Counted from the first letter of the whole stretch, positions 11,790 through 25,589 are shown. The stretch: 61,177 nt of DNA, filler included, from Basidiobolus ranarum (GCA_040143965.1; 11 parts of 11 records of this genome joined end to end with filler, not necessarily neighbours in it), one strand, 5' to 3'. Notes: generated by a model not told the origin, from the sequence alone. Translations and numbers: made by a program.

Positions 11790-14700
11790 ACTTAAAAGCC
11801 TGCTGGCGCAAGATGTAGAAAACCAGCAGGATCAGAGGACTCAATTAAGGAGCAGTCTAGCAATCAACTATCCACTTTGGAAGGCATCAACATGCCTGAA
11901 GCTAACTGAAGTCATTATGAAGCATTAAACAATTTACCAGATGTGTTCCTTTCCAGCAATAATGCAAGTGAAGAGATTGTAATGCCCTAAATATGTAGTA
12001 AGTCAAAAGTTTTTTTGCACATGTACCAATCCATAGTTCTCTGAGATTGTAGCTAATCATGTGTAACTATTTTGCAAATTTTGAAATTTCACTCCTGAAA
12101 CTGAAAAAACTGATTAAAATTAGATCTAATTTGACAATTATGTGACAGTGGGTAAACAGGCAATCCATAATAGATTAAAATTGTGAAGGTTTTCCTAGAA
12201 TAACATTCCCCAAATGTCTGTTTAGGCTATCAGAAGATGAAGAAGATGATGGTTGTGTTATGGACTCTCTGTTATTGCAAAGCATTAGTCTGATCATAAC
12301 ACTTAGAGTAAAGGAAGCAGCTTTCATTATAGAGGAATGGAGAGATCAATCCAATCTTAGCAATCAGGTGTTTGTTGATATTCTTACACTTTTACCACAG
12401 TTGCTTGGCAACTGTTTCTTGCCACAGACCTGGTACAAGTGGAAAACACTTGTTAATCATATGACTTATAATCCTTCAGTAATTAAACGACCCTCATGTC
12501 CAAATGGTTGTTGGGCCTTACTGGTGATCTGAAAAACCTGAAGTCATATACTGTTAGCACACAATTGGCAATCACTAAATCAAGTAAATATTGTTCATAT
12601 TGGGCTTACATACTGTTGATTCCCCATCTTAAAGTATTGATGAAATCACCCAAAAATAGATTGTAGATCCAATAGCAAAGTACCCACCATAAAACTGATG
12701 GAATTACCAATGTACTTGATGGGTATTGCTACTATAATCTGAAAAGTCAAGGTTTTGTTTAGAACACATATGATCATGTATTGGTATTTGCTCTGAATGG
12801 TTTCTAGCCAAATAACCGTACTATGGGAAGGCTAGCTGGCCAATAATTTTTATTAACTTGAATATTCCTCCTTTTGAATAATATCAGAGTCATAATATTT
12901 TGGTACTTTCCATCATATCAGGTTCTAAATCACTAATACTTATACATAGCTTCTTGGAGCCTTTGATTGCAGAATATGAACGGTTATCTAATGGGGTTCA
13001 GATGTGGGAATATTTTTTCAAGGATAACATTGATGAATGTATTGGTGACATACATACTTAACTCTATTGTGGAGAATTCAATATAAATGAGCCATTTTAG
13101 ATAAGATCAAAGCTTGTATCAATTGGGAAAAAGCTTGAAAACATCAAGTTAACATCATAGTATACCAGAACTCCCATCAATATAAACTCATGAGTGGAAG
13201 TATTGGATTTGAATATATTCAAGTGAAATCTTGAAACAATTTCTGCCTGATAAGTATTGACAACATTGGGAGTTGCTTGTGAATATTGTTAATATATTTC
13301 TATGATATCAACTCAACTTGGCCATTCTCAGGCAGATACAGTGACTGAGAAAAGATTTTGCAATTAGATATGAAAACTTTGCTACAGGTTTCAAGTACAT
13401 AGACTGAATCTATGCTGGTATTCAATACTTTCTCTGCTGCATCTTTCACAATGTTTACACATTATAGGCCCCTGCCAAACATTGTGAGAGTTCCTAAAGG
13501 AGTGCTCCTGCACCAAAATGATGCTACATGTGAAATTGTAGGTATTACTGTATGCTAATCTGCTTAGAGTGTAACAGAATTTTCATTGATGGATGTATTG
13601 CAATGGGTTAAGGAGACTCCAGATTATATTAACATTCCTGCAAAGGGCTCTTTTCAACTTGCTCAAAGGTCCAGATCAAATGGATTTTATTTTTGTCATG
13701 TTCAAGAATTTGTGGCAATGATAGCAATTCTTCCTTAAACAATTGTGTTGCAGCATGAGAAGTATCTTGCTCTAGAAAATAACACCAACTACCTAAGGGT
13801 CTTTCAGGCACATCCTATCCATATTGTTCCATGGCTCTGGGAAAGTGTCACAGATAAGTCATCATGGAATTAACAAAATACTTGTGCTGATGAATGACAT
13901 TTTTAGATTAGTGAAACTGGTTTCTAAGCAATTTCATTAAACCAAACTTACAATTTGGTTATCCCAATGCCATTGAAAAAATAGCCCCATCCAAAATATA
14001 ATTGGCTCTGAAGTAAAAGTCTGCTGGCAGGAAAGGAGAAACACCAGCAAGAGCAGAATACTTGATTGACAAATAGTCTAACAATCCACTGTTAATTTGA
14101 AATGTCATTGACATGCCAAGAACTAATCCCAGTAACAGTAAAGAAATATTTGAGTTCCTATTTGATATTTGAGGAGCGTAAATGTAGGAAAACCATGACA
14201 ATTTTAATCACTTTTGGACTGACCATTTACTTAACCCCACAAAATTGTCAAGTTATATTTATTTTAATCCATTTTTACCATTCCAGGAGTGAAATTTAAT
14301 GGACTTGCAAAATAGTTGCACATGACTGACTACAATATCAGAAAAATATGGATCCACAAATGTGTGAAAAATGTAACACAAATTTTATGCATTTACTACT
14401 TGAATGCCTAGTTGTCACCTTTGAAACCCTACTTTCTTTAAAGTGATATCTTGAATAGTGTTCTAGAGTTCTTCCTACCTAAGGTTAAGCTTTTATCTAA
14501 CAAAATTTGTATCAATATCTCCTTTAAAGCCCAGCATCTTATTAACTTTGCTGATTTAACAATCTTTCAGCTATCTGGCAGAAGCCATGCAATATTGTTC
14601 CACTCTGGATCAAGTGTGTTCTAGATATCTGTATAGTCTACACCAGAACAAGTTTAAACTTCAGTATTTTTGTTCTGAAGCCTCTAGCTATGTACTTTTT

Positions 14701-16646
14701 CATCATTTTTCCCCTCATAACTTTGAAATTACGCTGGTAGCACTTTATATATTTTTAGATCCTTGTAGTGTGATACCACCAACTGTGCTTTGTAGTGTTT
14801 GGGTGGCTTTTTGCTCTCCTTCAAGTTTGGGGCTACTTTCAACACTTCAAAAAGTTCCAGTTGGTGTTGGAGAGCCATGAGCTTATCTGTGTGGTGCGGG
14901 ATTGAATGAAATCAAGTATGAAAAAGATGGATGAGGCTGCATGTTGCTGTAGCTCAAGTACAGCATTCCAATGGTCCTCTAGCATTGTTGAGTGACTCTC
15001 CAACTGATGCCTAGTTTCTTCACAATGCTGCATCAATTCCTATATTGCTCTGTTATTTCTTGTCATAGCCTTCATTGCAACTTTATTGCTTTTTCCTATT
15101 ATCTCATACAAATTGTTACTGTGTTCTGGCTGAGATTCACTTGTAGTTATTTGATCCAAGTTGTTCAGGACAAGATATTCATTAGTGGATGTAGTAGGCA
15201 TTATGGAAGTTAATGGTCTTGATAATGCTCTGCTTGAACTATGGTCAATTATTGATTTGCTATATAATGGGGGGATGATAATATCTTCACTTGCACTGTG
15301 GCTACAATGCAATATATCTGGGAAAGCAAGTACTCCTTCTTCTTTACTTGTGTTAGTTTGTAGCGTAGAAATTCCTTTGAAAGTGAAAAATGGATTGTTA
15401 GACTGCATATCAACCAAGTCTTCTATTCTTGCTGGTTTGCTTTCCTTTCCTACTAGCAAGCTTTGGCTTGGAACCCATTTATGACTTAGATGAGGATATT
15501 TTTTCAATAGCATTCAAATAATAGATAGCAAACTTGGTGTAATGAAATTGCTCACAAGTTCCTTGAGATAAGCTAAAATTGCCATACATTACTAAAAATA
15601 TCTTATAAATCACCTGACAAATCATCTGTGACACTATCTCAAAATCAGCTGTATATATTAGACTTGCTCCATTTTATTGTGCCAGATCTAGTTTGCCAAT
15701 CATAGTAAAATTTGCTACATTCTAAATATTAAAATTTTTGCTTGTGTTAATGATCCCAATTATTTCAATTGTGTAATTGCCTGGAACTTATATAGTAAAT
15801 TGCATCAACATAGCTGATCATAGTCTGTTCTTCATCAACTTATTAGACACACATATTGAAGCAGCTCAATGCAGAATGCATTATGCTTGATCACACTATA
15901 TGAAATTAACTTTGACATTTTGACTAATAGTGTGAAAAGATCCCTGTTTCTGATGGAAACCAATAAAGCCTAACATCATGGATATATATGGTAGTTTTGT
16001 ATCATGGCAAAACGGATTCTTTGTGCTTCACAACCTACTTTGGTACAGGAAGCCACCACTTTCAGAAATTTTGTGTAGGCAGTCAAATGAAGGGGCAGGT
16101 GGTGCAAAGCAATACACACCTACTGACTTTACAGATTCCTAGGTATCTACTATGAATTCTTGCTTAAATATATGGAAGTTATTGCTAAACTTGACAGAAG
16201 CTGGGAAATGGGGCCTTAAACAAAAGTGGAAGCAACTTTTGGCTCTTCTTTGAAGAGAATACTATATCCTCATGCCTTCAGAAGTCTGCAAGGAGATATC
16301 CAATGAAACTCATGAGGATAGAAAGTGCAAATTGAGAAACCGGATTTTCAATTTTGAGTTGGCAAAGTCATGATTCCAATTATGCACTAACAGAAATTTG
16401 AGGATTGTTATCATAGGAAAACCATCACAATTTTAATCCATTTGGAATGACCATTTACTTGCCATTGTAAAATCATCAAGTTAGATTTGATTTTAATCAA
16501 TTTTTTCAGTCTCAGGAGTGAAATTTCAAGATCTTGCAAAATAGTTGTGCATGATTGGCTAAAATCTCAGAGAACTATAGATCAACACATGTGCAAAAAA
16601 CGTAACTCAAATTTTAAACAATTACCACTTGAACACTCATTTGTCA
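11790..16646. mobile_element. Nested CACTA/EnSpm debris: transposase about 12230-13660 (+); termini about 12010-12226 (-), 14165+ and 16385+; accessory-ORF fragments 11790-12005 (+), 13690-14130 (+), 14440-15560 (-)
   Basis: LLPQLLGNC..PQTWYKWKTL...CPNGC and WPIIFINLN.PP motifs shared with 51040-52130. Accessory ORF shared with 50164-50520. Confidence 0.75.
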
Positions 16647-16746
16647 NNNNNNNNNNNNNNNNNNNNNNNNNNNNNNNNNNNNNNNNNNNNTTAATTAATT
16701 AANNNNNNNNNNNNNNNNNNNNNNNNNNNNNNNNNNNNNNNNNNNN

Positions 16747-16856
16747 CTTGACAAAACTATAAATGTCAACTTTCTACTCAATAAATCAATAAGTGAAAAC
16801 CACCAATTCCTCTAATTCTCCAAACCACTTCCAACAGGCTCCCAAATACTTTAACA
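16747..16856 (+). mobile_element. LTR family A 3' end
   Basis: Ends CCAACAGGCTCCCAAATACTTTAACA, as does the LTR at 17703-18047. Confidence 0.8.
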
Positions 16857-16859
16857 GTT

Positions 16860-17485
16860 TTAGCTTGAGAGCATTGAATTAGCAATTTGTCTTCAACATT
16901 AAGTCATTTTTGTTAAAGGCACTTTGTTCTTTTTTAACCCAATGTATAGCTTTGGTTTCAGATAGTTTTGTATTGCTTTCTTCTCCTACAGCAGTGACCC
17001 AAAATTCTTTTGCTTGCAGCAGCATTTTCATTTTAATTTTCCAAACTTGATAATTGGTTCCATCCAATTTTTCAGAAGAGGGAAAAGTTCCATAACTTTG
17101 AGAAGTATACATTACAGAGATTGCAAGCTTGGGGCTCATAACCTGTTAAAGTACTTGGGAGCCTGTTGGAAGTGGCTTGGAGAATTAGAGAAATTGGTGG
17201 TTTTCATTTGTTGATTTATTGAATGGAATGTTGCCATTTATAGTTTTGTCACAATGTAAGTTAACTAACATGTAGAATGTGTTAAGGAAGGTCCCAGGAG
17301 CATGTGTGCAAATTTTGGGGTTTCTAGCACAAGCTTGAAATATATATAACTGAGAATTTCTAGGCTGGTAAAAATCTAAGGAAATCCCAATTGAGAATAA
17401 TTGATAATATCTTAGCAAATATAAGAAAATTAAGTACTAAGCTCTATATGACTATATAGGTGCTTAGGCAAAGCTAATTTCAACA
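16860..17485 (-). mobile_element. Ty1/Copia 5' end: LTR 17485-17144, PBS 17143-17132, gag N-terminus
   Basis: TGTTGAAA...TTTAACA LTR followed at once by GGTTATGAGCCC (half-tRNAiMet PBS) and KLDGTNYQVWKIKMKMLL (Copia gag start). Confidence 0.88.
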
Positions 17486-17702
17486 CAAAGCACTTCATAC
17501 CTAAGGTTGAGCTCATATCAAACACAAGTATATATCCATATCTCCATCAAAGCTCATCAATGAATTAACATTGCTGAGTCAACATTCTTCCTGCTATCTG
17601 GCAGATATCCTGCAACATTTTACCACTCTGTATTAAGTTCCTCCCAGATATCTGCATGGTCAACACCAGACTGAATGTCAGGTTGAATATTCTTCTTCTG
17701 AC

Positions 17703-18047
17703 TGTTGAAATTAGCATCGCCTAAACACCTATATAGTCATATATAGCTTAGTACTTAATTATCTTATAATTCACTAAGATATTATCCATTATCCTCAATC
17801 TGAATTTACTTAGAATATTTGTACCAACTTTGAAGTTCTCAGATATATACATTTTCAAACTTGTGAAGAGGCCCCAAACTTTGCCACATGTTCCTGAGAC
17901 CTTTCTTAACACATTCTACATGTTAGTTTGTTTATATCTTGACAAAACTGTAAATGTCCACTTTCTACTCAATAAATCAACAAGTGAAAACCACCAATTT
18001 CTCTAATTCTCCAAAGCACTTCTAACAGGCTCCCAAATACTTTAACA
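17703..18047 (+). mobile_element. Solo LTR (family A), 345 bp
   Basis: TGTTGAAA...TTTAACA flanked by CTGAC/CTGAA (5-bp TSD, one mismatch). It interrupts the accessory-ORF domain. Confidence 0.85.
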
Positions 18048-18149
18048 CTGAAGCCATTTGATGCAAACTTGCATTGCATTTTTCCTTTTAAACTTTGGAA
18101 AATACTCTACAAGTACTTTTACTATTATGCTATATCCTTGCAGTGTGCC

Positions 18150-18320
18150 ACTTCTCAGTGTGATTTGTGGTGGATTCTTAAATTGATATCTAAGTTGGTG
18201 CAGAAATGCTGGAGTGATCAATTGCTGAATTAAGGTTGATCTAAACTCATCCCATGTATCTATTGAATTTGCACTGTTGAGATGGGCTCTTTCAAAATAT
18301 GATCTGATGTAGTGCATTTA
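18150..18320 (-). mobile_element. Retrotransposon gag-like remnant
   Basis: YFERAH...IDTWDEFRSTLIQQL....LHQLRYQFK..PQ resembles the Retrotrans_gag pattern. Confidence 0.45.
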
Positions 18321-19129
18321 CACTTGATTCAATTAGCATATAATCAGTCATAATTGATTTTGTTGAACATGATCTAAGTTGACTCATTTCTCAACAAAAT
18401 AAACTGCACTAATTATCCACAGATATATTCTAGCAATCATGAAGAATCAGTTGTTCAATAAACTTCTGTAGATACCTATCTAGTCTGGAGCTAATAATCT
18501 AGTAATTAGAAGCTCCATACTCAACTCATCAGGCATTATTGTCAAGTTGCTATAAACACTGTGCATTCTTCCGAGTAATCTTTTAGGATGGCGAGTTACA
18601 ATTTAAGCTTGCTTCATGCGTTAAAAGGTTTATTATAGCTATGTGTAGATAGGAATAGTATATATTAGCTGTGAGTACTGCACAAGCGTTAGTATTGGCG
18701 TCGATAACACGTCTGACAACCTTAAAAACACGTGTACAGGCCACTCTGATAGGAGTGAAGAGAAAGCAAGTGTGGATCAGCAAGATATAGCTCAATGTGT
18801 AGTCTATTTCTTAAATAGTATTATTGCCTTTGTATTCCCACTAATGTCGTGATCCAGAGCTTTGTGAAAGATGAATCATCTGCTTGCGTACCTCTATGGC
18901 GTCAATTCATTTAGTAAATTGGATCAAAGTAGATACAACTAGTATTATTACACACTTCTTAGAATAGTCTATCGCAGTTATTATGGCTTGAGAATGGCTG
19001 TTTATATCCAAAACAATTCCACTTCTGATTGGTCAATTCGGTTGTAAGTATATAAATATATATAAAAAATATTCTGCTTTCAGGTACCATTTTACATTTT
19101 AAACTTTTCCTTCGTTCATCTTTAGTAGC

Positions 19130-20614
19130 ATGCCATCCAAAGCGGAGGTTGGTGTGGAGAAAACCAATCGGAAATCCTTTTTTCGTCAACATAAGTGGAA
19201 ACTAGCTGCCTTAGCAATCATTATCATCGTTGCAGTAGTTTTACTTGCTGTACTAATACCCAAGAACAAGTCTAATACAAACCACGCTAACTCCGGTGCT
19301 GATTCTAACGGCGACACCATCAAGCCAGACCCTACTACTAATTTATATGATGATACTGCAAGACCTAATTCTCGAGTTCCTCCTTTAAATGAGCCGTTTC
19401 CTTATGGAAAAATCCCAGTTAGAGGGGTTAACGCTGGTGGATGGCTTGTGCTTGAACCTTTCATTGCCCCTTCTTTATTTGAAGGATTTCAACCTGAAGA
19501 TGGTGTAATTGATGAATGGACTTTATGTCAGAAACTTGGTAAGGAAGAGTGTAAAAAGAGAATTACTAAGCATTACGAGACATTCTATACCGAAGCGGAC
19601 TTTAAACAAATGGCTGAAGCTGGACTTGATCATGTACGTATTCCGATCGGATATTGGGCTGTAGATATTCAAGATGGAGAGCCTTTCATCGATGGCTCTT
19701 GGGAGTACCTACTTAAAGGTGTAAATTGGGCACGAAAGTATGGACTTCGTGTTATGGTAGAGTTACATGGCGCCCCTGGGTCTCAAAATGGCTGGAACCA
19801 TAGTGGTAGATCTGGAGAAGTGAGATTTTTGAATGGACCTAACGGACAACAGAATGCTGATCGTACAATGGATGTTGTAGTAAAGGTAGCCAGCTTCTTC
19901 TCCAAGCCTCAGTGGAAAAACGTCGCACCTCTTTTTGGGGTGTTAAATGAACCCGTGATTAATAGGCTCAATAAGAGTGTTGTTGATGAATGGTACTATC
20001 AAGCCTATCAAAAGCTTCGCAATGTAACATCTCCTGAAGAACCTGTTCTAGTTTATCACGAAGGATTTATCGGGTTGGACAGATGGTCAGGGACATTCCA
20101 AAAACCTGATTACAAAAACGTCTGTATGGATGTACACAACTACATCATCTTCGATGTCAATCTAGTGGCCATGTCAGAGCAACAAAAGCTTGATTTTGCA
20201 TGTAATACCTGGAAGAAAGATATCAGCACAAGTAATCAAAACTTTGGTTGGACAATGGTTGGTGAATTTTCCATTGCTAGCAATGACTGCGCAAAATGGC
20301 TGAACGGGATTGGACTAGGCACACGCTGGGATGGCACTTTCCCCGACAATTTAGGCAACCCTCTATGCCCTACGAAGCCCAAGTGCAGTTGTGAAGGTGT
20401 TGATGACTGGAAAAATTTCACCCCAGAGTACAAGGAATTTTTGAGCAAGTACGGCCAATTCCAAATGGAGGCATTTGAATCAAGCTTTGGATGGTTCTTC
20501 TGGACATGGAAAACTGAGAACCATGTCAATCCACACTGGGATTATCAAATTGGATTAGAACAAGGGTGGATGCCAAAGGATGCTGGAAATCGTCAAATTA
20601 AATGTCCCGTCTGA
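19130..20614 (+). CDS. Glycoside hydrolase family 5 exo-beta-1,3-glucanase (Exg/ExgD-like), type II membrane-anchored, 494 aa, intronless
   Basis: N-terminal TM helix. RGVNAGGWLVLEPFI.PSLF, DHVRIPIGYW, LHGAPGSQNGWNHSG, acid/base NEP, nucleophile GEFS, GWFFWTWK. Confidence 0.95.
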   Translation: MPSKAEVGVEKTNRKSFFRQHKWKLAALAIIIIVAVVLLAVLIPKNKSNTNHANSGADSNGDTIKPDPTTNLYDDTARPNSRVPPLNEPFPYGKIPVRGVNAGGWLVLEPFIAPSLFEGFQPEDGVIDEWTLCQKLGKEECKKRITKHYETFYTEADFKQMAEAGLDHVRIPIGYWAVDIQDGEPFIDGSWEYLLKGVNWARKYGLRVMVELHGAPGSQNGWNHSGRSGEVRFLNGPNGQQNADRTMDVVVKVASFFSKPQWKNVAPLFGVLNEPVINRLNKSVVDEWYYQAYQKLRNVTSPEEPVLVYHEGFIGLDRWSGTFQKPDYKNVCMDVHNYIIFDVNLVAMSEQQKLDFACNTWKKDISTSNQNFGWTMVGEFSIASNDCAKWLNGIGLGTRWDGTFPDNLGNPLCPTKPKCSCEGVDDWKNFTPEYKEFLSKYGQFQMEAFESSFGWFFWTWKTENHVNPHWDYQIGLEQGWMPKDAGNRQIKCPV

Positions 20615-20805
20615 GCTTGTATTATCATTTTAATTACCTTACTGTAATAGTTTCTCGTTAATAATAAGCATCCGCATACCTATTAGTTACATTCCCGATA
20701 TTTAAGCTATCTGCTTTCCTTATATGGTACTTGCTAATATCTGATTAGAATATAGATTTAGAATTTGTGGGGAGAAAATTTTATTTTTATGTCGGTTCTT
20801 AATAC

Positions 20806-21060
20806 TTAATCAGTATTGACGTTCATTTGAGTATTATGAGAGGAAGGTATTGTAGAGTCAGTGATTCGATTTTCATCACTTTTAGTTTGCTCATAGATAC
20901 CATCCATATTCTTTTGAGTCTGTGCAGCATTATATTCACTATCAGCTTGAGCTTGTTTAGCCACCCCTTCGGCTTGCATTTGTTGACGTCCTAACAGACT
21001 TCCAGCAATTTCTTGAACATAACCGGCCGCATATTTGAGGTTAGCGTTGATTTTGTCCAT
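20806..21060 (-). CDS. CsbD-like small stress protein (diverged paralog)
   Basis: N-terminal half closely matches the neighbouring gene (KINAN.KYAAGYVQE.AGS..G..QMQAEG.AKQAQAD.EY). C-terminal half is diverged. Confidence 0.75.
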   Translation of the reverse strand: MDKINANLKYAAGYVQEIAGSLLGRQQMQAEGVAKQAQADSEYNAAQTQKNMDGIYEQTKSDENRITDSTIPSSHNTQMNVNTD

Positions 21061-21936
21061 ATTGATTTAGAAATAGGTTGAGTGAAAATACTTTGAATAC
21101 TACCAAAATGAAGTATAGTGTGGGTAAAATCAGCGACCATGAATGAAAAGAGGTCTTTATATATCTTATGGAATGCGGACGTCAGTACTAACCTTGAGCA
21201 TATCCATTGGGCTAGTTAGAAATGGAATTCCTTCATATCCTCTCCATCTTATCGCTACTAGTAAGGTACGATTTACGAATGGCCCGAGAACATTATCGTC
21301 AGTAACTTATTGGGTGAGGTATACTTGGTCTTAAAAAGATATTCATCATTGGTTAAACACTATATAAAAATGGCGTATATTCGTTTTAACGAGTTTAGAG
21401 GATACCTTCAGTTACTAAATTCTATCAAATCATTAGAATCTGTAAAACGGTGAGCTAAGCAGTTGAGAACGGTATCAATCTTAAAATAGTAGTCGAAGAA
21501 GCAGTCGTAAATCTATAGAAAATACCGAATTAAATTGAAAGAATAGATGAAGCCTCTTTGTGGGTGAAATCGAGGGTGGCTTAAATTGGACTCGAGAGTG
21601 ACCAATTAGAGTTCATACTATGCATAATTGTATTGAATACAATTACCAAATGAACTTGACCCAATGCCAACTCGTGTGGATAGTTTGAGCTTCATACTAG
21701 GGTATACTAGCGATAGATGTTCCATTTCGTCAATACTTACACCACATTTGCTGTTACCCTTTGCAAGCTTGGCAAAAGGTGACGATTGTGATGAAGATCC
21801 ACTGTCAAACTCGCCGATCATTGAAATATCTTTGGTCCACTTTATTGATACGTTACGAACAAAGTTTCAAAAGAGAACTGAATTATTTGTATCATACAAA
21901 GATCATATTATTGAACTAAAGTAAGATTCTGAGAAG

Positions 21937-22222
21937 TTAATCTTTGTTGGCATTCATACGGGTTTCTCCTTTAATAGCTCCTGCTTTGCCCTCAGCTTGC
22001 ATCTGTTCGTTGCCAATAGCGGAACCGACGGTGTCCTTGACATTACCCTTGAGTTTCTCACCAGCGCCTTGAGCATACCCTTGGGCTTGGGCAGCCTTGT
22101 ATTCGGCATCAGCTTGGGCTTGCTTAGCAGCTCCTTCTGCTTGCATTTGTTCGTTACCAATAGCACTACCAGCGGTTTCTTGAACGTAACCAGCGGCGTA
22201 TTTGACGTTAGCGTTGATTTTG
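21937..22222 (-). CDS. CsbD-like / fungal Hmp1-type small hydrophilic protein (start codon off contig)
   Basis: KINANVKYAAGYVQETAGSAIGNEQMQAEG...KGNVKDTVGSAIGNEQMQAEG: two CsbD-type repeats with strongly biased codon usage. Confidence 0.85.
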
Positions 22223-23115
22223 NNNNNNNNNNNNNNNNNNNNNNNNNNNNNNNNNNNNNNNNNNNNTTAATTAATTAANNNNNNNNNNNNNNNNNNNNNN
22301 NNNNNNNNNNNNNNNNNNNNNNTATAGGGGAGCGCTCACCAAACCATCGCCTTCATTTCTCCATCGATTATATTCGTGTGATAATTCGGGCCCACCAGAG
22401 CTCCCATTGGCCATAGCGCGGACATGTGAGAGCACACTACCTGGTCTGATATAAGACATCCATAGAACAACAGCTGAAAAAAGGCACTGGATAATTAAAT
22501 CCTGTAGAACCCCCATATTGTCACATGAAAGTTATTTATTAGAGCTTAGGTTAGGAAGGCGATTACCAGTTTTCCATTGACACGACATTTCACATGCTGA
22601 TGCAGAACCATTGTGGTTGGAGCCAGAGCTAGATTGATCCAGCACACTAAGGGTCCAGAACAAATATGATTGAAAGCATCGCCTTTTGGCCCACCTCGCC
22701 CATGATCCTGAAGGAGATTCCTAATTCGCCTTGGAAGCGATTGACATCTTTGAGAGTCTAATGTTTGTGCATCGGAATCACATGCTAGTAGACTGCCAAG
22801 TACTGAATCATTTCCTGTGCTGTTCATCAGTTTAGGAATAGCTGTGTCGGGGGGAATTTAGCTTAGCCTGATAAGTTGCTTACGGGCAGCTCAGCCAAAT
22901 GAACTTCATCACTGGCAAATGATTCCGCACGTATTGTTCATGTCTGAAACACTAACCCGTTCTTTTTCAAACATTCAGATAATGGCTTTCATGTGATTTC
23001 ATGGTACAGAACGGAGTCGTTGGTTGTGTGCATCTCAGAGTACAGATGATTTCACATCCAGAAGCCGATGCAAAGGCTCGACGCAAGAGCATAGAAAATA
23101 GCCTACATTTGGCAC

Positions 23116-23295
23116 ATGTGGGGTGATGCTGACCAACCCAGTTTCTACGAAGTAATTACATGCCTATTGCCTGATTGGAAATCTGCTTACTCAATTGTCA
23201 GAAAAAAACCCAAATCTCATTCTGCTGATAACGCATTTCTGAGGCCAATCAGTTTACTTGGTGCCATCCGAGCTCCTCTATTACGCATAGCTTGA
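23116..23295 (+). pseudogene. Possible non-LTR retrotransposon RT fragment
   Basis: LPDWKSAYSIVRKKPK......FLRPISLL resembles the LINE RT N-terminal P..WK.A.....KP......RPISLL motif. No downstream RT motifs seen. Confidence 0.3.
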
Positions 23296-25589
23296 GCCTT
23301 ATCTTGGGCCTTCACATGCCAGTGATGGAATGCCTTGGAGCTATATTTCGGGATGAGAAATGGATCCGCATTGTATCGGTACAGGTTTCAAACGTGACCA
23401 TCTCATTGCTGTGATTGGTGGATCTGTTGTGGACATCAAAATCTCAGTTGACTATCTCTGTACTTGTTCACTACGAGGTGATAGGGGATATGCGGGATAT
23501 GCGGGATATGTCCACTCAACAACGATATCTACGTGATTGTCAGTATTCCTGCGCATAACCCTGTGTATGTGAGGGGCTGTTATTAGTCCCCTGAACCTTG
23601 AGAGCACACCATCTTTTCACGTTTTATCACAAGTTGTCAGAGGCAGTTTGACCAAGATGCTGAAGGATTGGCTGGGATTAGATCCCATTTTGGCTCGTGG
23701 TTGATTCCTATTTTAGTTTTGATTAAGAACCCAATTGAGAGCCCCCCGTTGGACATTTAAGGTAATTGATTAGAACGATGTCTTGATTTAATCTAGATCG
23801 AAGTAGTCAGGTTCAGATGTTGCGATAACTCTAGACGCATTAAAGCTCGGTAGAAAGCTTTGAATTCAACAGCTACCAATACGGAGTTGAAACCCTAATG
23901 GCACTTACTGGATCTTGAACATCATTGCTATTATTTAGCCGGGTGTTCATTTAAGCCGATTTTTAGCATGGTTAATACTCAAGCATCAAGTTTCGGTAAC
24001 ATCTGATGGTAACTTGGAATTAGTATGTAATATACCATTCTCTTTTTATCATCCATAAAATATTCCCATCATCGTTTGAGTGTTTTTAAGCATTGCTGAA
24101 TACACTTGGTCCAGTCAATATGCCTCGTACAATGCTGATTTGAATATGACTTTGCTCATCTGTTTGCAATAGAGTGGAGTCAAAAGCAACATATCAATGA
24201 TTTATTAGTTGGGGAAATTCACAATGAAACGAAGACCTGCATCTAACAAAAATTAGACTCAACACCACTTAATGCACATCCAGTCGTGGAGCCTGATTAG
24301 GTCATCGCCAGCACCACTGGAGGCGAGAACACCAAGGTCAGTGAAGGACACAGAGGAGTGTTTGGCCTATCCCTGCGCAATTATAGAGATTAAACTACCC
24401 ACCACATAAGTAGTTTCTTCCAGATCTTCGTTTTCGGTTTGATGGTGCCAAAGCTTAGAATTCTAGAGATTCCAGTCATATTGACTGTGTGATTAAACTG
24501 AATTTAAAGCTTTCAGATCACCTGCTGACTATTGGTAAGCATCTATACCCTGGAGCTCAAATTGGGTTCACATTATTTAACAGTATCTCAAATTGCGATT
24601 TCCTGTCAATTACAAGGCTAGATGCATTCAGACTGCTTGTATTACATCGTTTGGTTCTAAGTAACTGATTTGTTGAGCATGCCTTTAGTCACACTTGTAG
24701 TTATGTAGTTATTGCCATCGAAAAATTGCTTAGTCATAGAATCAGTTATGATTCAATATTTTGGAAGATTTCTTTTTTGAGCATTGAGGATGTTTCAGTG
24801 ATGTTTCAAGTCAACTTTGAGTGGTAAGAGAGTTTAGATAAAGCAGTGTCTTATCGTTGTACTAAAGAAAATACCTAGAGAACTTTATATTGACAAGATT
24901 TGCAATCCTGCAGTTTTTGTGACACTTGCCTTTCCGAATTTGAATTGGGTTGTAATGCTCCACTTAATGGCCCACAAAAAGTTCTTTTGATTCCCATAGA
25001 TACTACTTACTGGCAGAATTTGCGGTGTTTGGGAGGTGTATTTGAGAAATGGATGTATTGTGAGTTTGAGTGACATCTATCATATGACTAAAAATAAAGC
25101 ATTTATACTCTTTGGTGCAAATACAAAAAACAAACACTAGGGTTGTGTTCAAAACATCAGTGGGAGTAAAATGAACCATGTTGCGATCACTTTAAATTCC
25201 TTTGAAAGTTCAAGTTCAGCATTGCTAATTCTTGGATAAATCACATAACTACTAAATATATGTCCATTTACTTATGCACATGAATATCTGATCTAGTTAA
25301 TATTTGGTATTGTGCTAGCTACGAGAAAATACCTCATTAATATTACTAATGATCACAATGACGGAAACTATAGCAAAAGAATAGTACTTACATTAGTATA
25401 CTAGCTAAAATTCATTCACCCAGTCAAAGGTTATAATCCTCGGTATCAAGACTTTCAGAGAGAAATCACCTCAATTAGTATTTTGACTGCTGAGATATAG
25501 TAATTTGCAATTGCATAAGTAAGAGAGTGAATCCATTATTGTAGACAATGGCTACTTTGAAAACAGAGGGCTATTGAAGCTGATTAACC

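Noticed and set aside
22323-24450. CpG-retaining, coding-like region as an intact gene
   Set aside because: Frames I translated are interrupted by stops. Apart from one weak RT-like motif I could not assign a family.
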